Shown here: in pieces, positions 62,471 to 64,000 of the stretch
How the letters are laid out: each line of letters starts with the position of its first letter
Numbering within the stretch: position 1 is the first letter of the stretch
Source: Puia sp.
Lineage (GTDB): Bacteria > Bacteroidota > Bacteroidia > Chitinophagales > Chitinophagaceae
DNA: 64,000 bases
Direction: 5' to 3'
Assembly: GCA_036499285.1 (NCBI GenBank)
Contig: DASYEB010000040.1
Location: forward strand, 8,151 to 72,150
Notes under the pieces: model-generated
What the model was told of the DNA's origin: nothing
The model's database searches: none
Seen by the model: the letters and a program-made list of their open reading frames with translations, nothing else
Made by a program: the position numbers and the translations under genes

Positions 62471-63448
62471 ATGAAGCATGTTTCAATACTGGTGCCGGAT
62501 GGCGAATGTAGCATAACTACCATCGAAGGGACCTACCAGATCCTGCTGCGGGTGAATGACTGGCTGGAGGAAGCCGGACGTCTGCCGCTGTTTACCGTTC
62601 AGTTGGTAGGGCAACGGCGGGAGGTCAGGATGAAGAACGGAATGTTCTGTATCAGCCCCGACGTGCTGATACAGGAAGTGGACCGGACCGATCTTATTCT
62701 CATTCCCTCCGTGCATGGAGACAAGAAGAAGATCCTCGCTGATAATGCTCCTATGCTCGAATGGATCGTAAAACAGTACCAGGCCGGGGCGGCTGCTGCG
62801 GCCATGTGTATCGGAGCCTTTCTCCTCGCAGGTACGGGATTACTGGATGGGAAAAGCTGCACCACACATTGGGAATTTACCGATGAGTTCCGCCGGATGT
62901 TCCCCGCCGTGAAGTTGGTAGAAGATAAGATCATCACCGATGAAAACAACATTTATACGAGCGGCGGGGCTTATTCCTGGCTCAACCTGATCCTATACCT
63001 GGTTGAAAAATATGCCGGCAAAGAGATTGCCGTCACCTGCTCCAAAGGATTTCAGATCGATTTTCAGCGCGACAGCCAGTCGCCATTTATCATCTTCAGC
63101 GGACAGAAGGGGCATGATGATGAAGCCATCCGAAAAGCCCAGGAGTTCATAGAAAAGAATGTCCATTCCAGGATCATGGTGGATGAGCTGGCCTCCATGT
63201 TAGCCTTGGGCCGGAGGAATCTGGAGCGCCGGTTCAAGAAGGCGACCGGCAACTCGATCATGGAATACATACAACGGGTGAAAATGGAAGCCGTAAAGAA
63301 AAGCCTGGAAACGTCCAGGCTGGGAGTGAATGAGGCAATGGATAAAGTAGGATATTCGGATCCGAAGGCCTTCCGGGTGATCTTTAAAAAAGTGACGGGA
63401 CTGTCGCCATTGCAGTATAGGAACCGCTATAACCGGGAGTTCGTCTAG
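62471..63448 (+). CDS. GlxA-family transcriptional regulator (DJ-1/PfpI + AraC HTH)
   Basis: MCIGAFLLAGTGLLDG..CTTHW, TSGG, RNLERRFK, VGYSD..AFR..FKK.TG.SP. Confidence 0.93.
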   Translation: MKHVSILVPDGECSITTIEGTYQILLRVNDWLEEAGRLPLFTVQLVGQRREVRMKNGMFCISPDVLIQEVDRTDLILIPSVHGDKKKILADNAPMLEWIVKQYQAGAAAAAMCIGAFLLAGTGLLDGKSCTTHWEFTDEFRRMFPAVKLVEDKIITDENNIYTSGGAYSWLNLILYLVEKYAGKEIAVTCSKGFQIDFQRDSQSPFIIFSGQKGHDDEAIRKAQEFIEKNVHSRIMVDELASMLALGRRNLERRFKKATGNSIMEYIQRVKMEAVKKSLETSRLGVNEAMDKVGYSDPKAFRVIFKKVTGLSPLQYRNRYNREFV

Positions 63449-63454
63449 TGTCCT

Positions 63455-64000
63455 TTATTCCAATCCATAAAGAGCAGGGTCATTCCTTTGGCTCATCGAT
63501 AGCTTACTCACCTTATAGCCGAAGGCAATGATAAAGGCGATACCGCTGAAACCCAGTGCTTCAAATACACTTGTCAACTCGTTACCATTATCCGTTGGAG
63601 GTGCAATGGCTGCCCGGGGGATATGCAGGAAAATAAACCAAAGGAAGATCATCGTACCCAAAAGGATCCCAACCAGCTTTATCCTGATCCGTAAAATGAT
63701 GGCCAGGCCCGCTCCAATAAGGGCCACGGCGGCGAGGTATGTCCAGAAAAGATGAGCAGGGATCCAGTTGGGGACGAGTGTGGCGACAAAGTTGACGTAC
63801 AGGAAGTGCTCTACGCCAAAAACGATCATGGTGATCGAAAAGAAGAGGCCGCCCATCGGAATAAACAATTCCAGCAGCCGGATAACAGCGGTCTTCTTTT
63901 GAACAGCAGCGGGCTCGTCCGGAAAAGACCCTGCCACGGCAAAAGCCCCGCCGGCAAATGCCAGTTCCTTAAATGCATTACCCCAGACGCCAATATGTTT
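63455..64000 (-). CDS. DoxX-like membrane protein, 5' end beyond the window
   Basis: Frame open to the window edge (NILGVWGNAFKELAFAGGAF...); FGVEHF, VPNWIP..LFWTY, LHIP; two similar halves. Confidence 0.75.
   Translation of the reverse strand, partial: KHIGVWGNAFKELAFAGGAFAVAGSFPDEPAAVQKKTAVIRLLELFIPMGGLFFSITMIVFGVEHFLYVNFVATLVPNWIPAHLFWTYLAAVALIGAGLAIILRIRIKLVGILLGTMIFLWFIFLHIPRAAIAPPTDNGNELTSVFEALGFSGIAFIIAFGYKVSKLSMSQRNDPALYGLE

Noticed and set aside
1-64000. CRISPR arrays, IS elements, integrases, rRNA or tRNA genes
   Set aside because: No regularly spaced repeats, transposase or integrase motifs, terminal inverted repeats or RNA-gene signatures were seen.

Overview
A 64-kb chromosomal segment from a Bacteroidota genome, most likely Chitinophagaceae-like (inferred from gene content, T9SS sorting-domain protein, TAnnTTTG promoter elements and Gln-starting secreted proteins). 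It holds about 46 genes. Housekeeping genes include secA (5'-truncated by the window), deoC, maeB, mlaEF, sucD, aspS, rarA, uvrA and a SAM-I riboswitch-controlled metB-like/hom operon. These are interspersed with envelope and secreted proteins: a metzincin protease, a TonB-dependent receptor, an amidohydrolase pair, an alpha-2-macroglobulin, tandem M90 peptidases, an S1 protease and a glutaminyl cyclase. I found no CRISPR array, rRNA, tRNA, transposase or integrase. Most notable observations: (1) an RsbR-S-T-X stressosome operon ending in a histidine kinase fused to a degenerate RsbT-like domain; (2) a LytS-type kinase interrupted by one in-frame TAG, with a shared 16-bp box upstream of the kinase operon and the adjacent receptor gene; (3) an unannotated ~130-nt rod-shaped structured RNA candidate at 42257-42386; (4) an AT-rich orphan lipoprotein with a JAB/JAMM-like motif; (5) an AT-rich Dna2-like nuclease-helicase with an N-terminal HEPN/DUF4145-like motif. 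All family assignments come from motif recognition by eye; no database searches were run.
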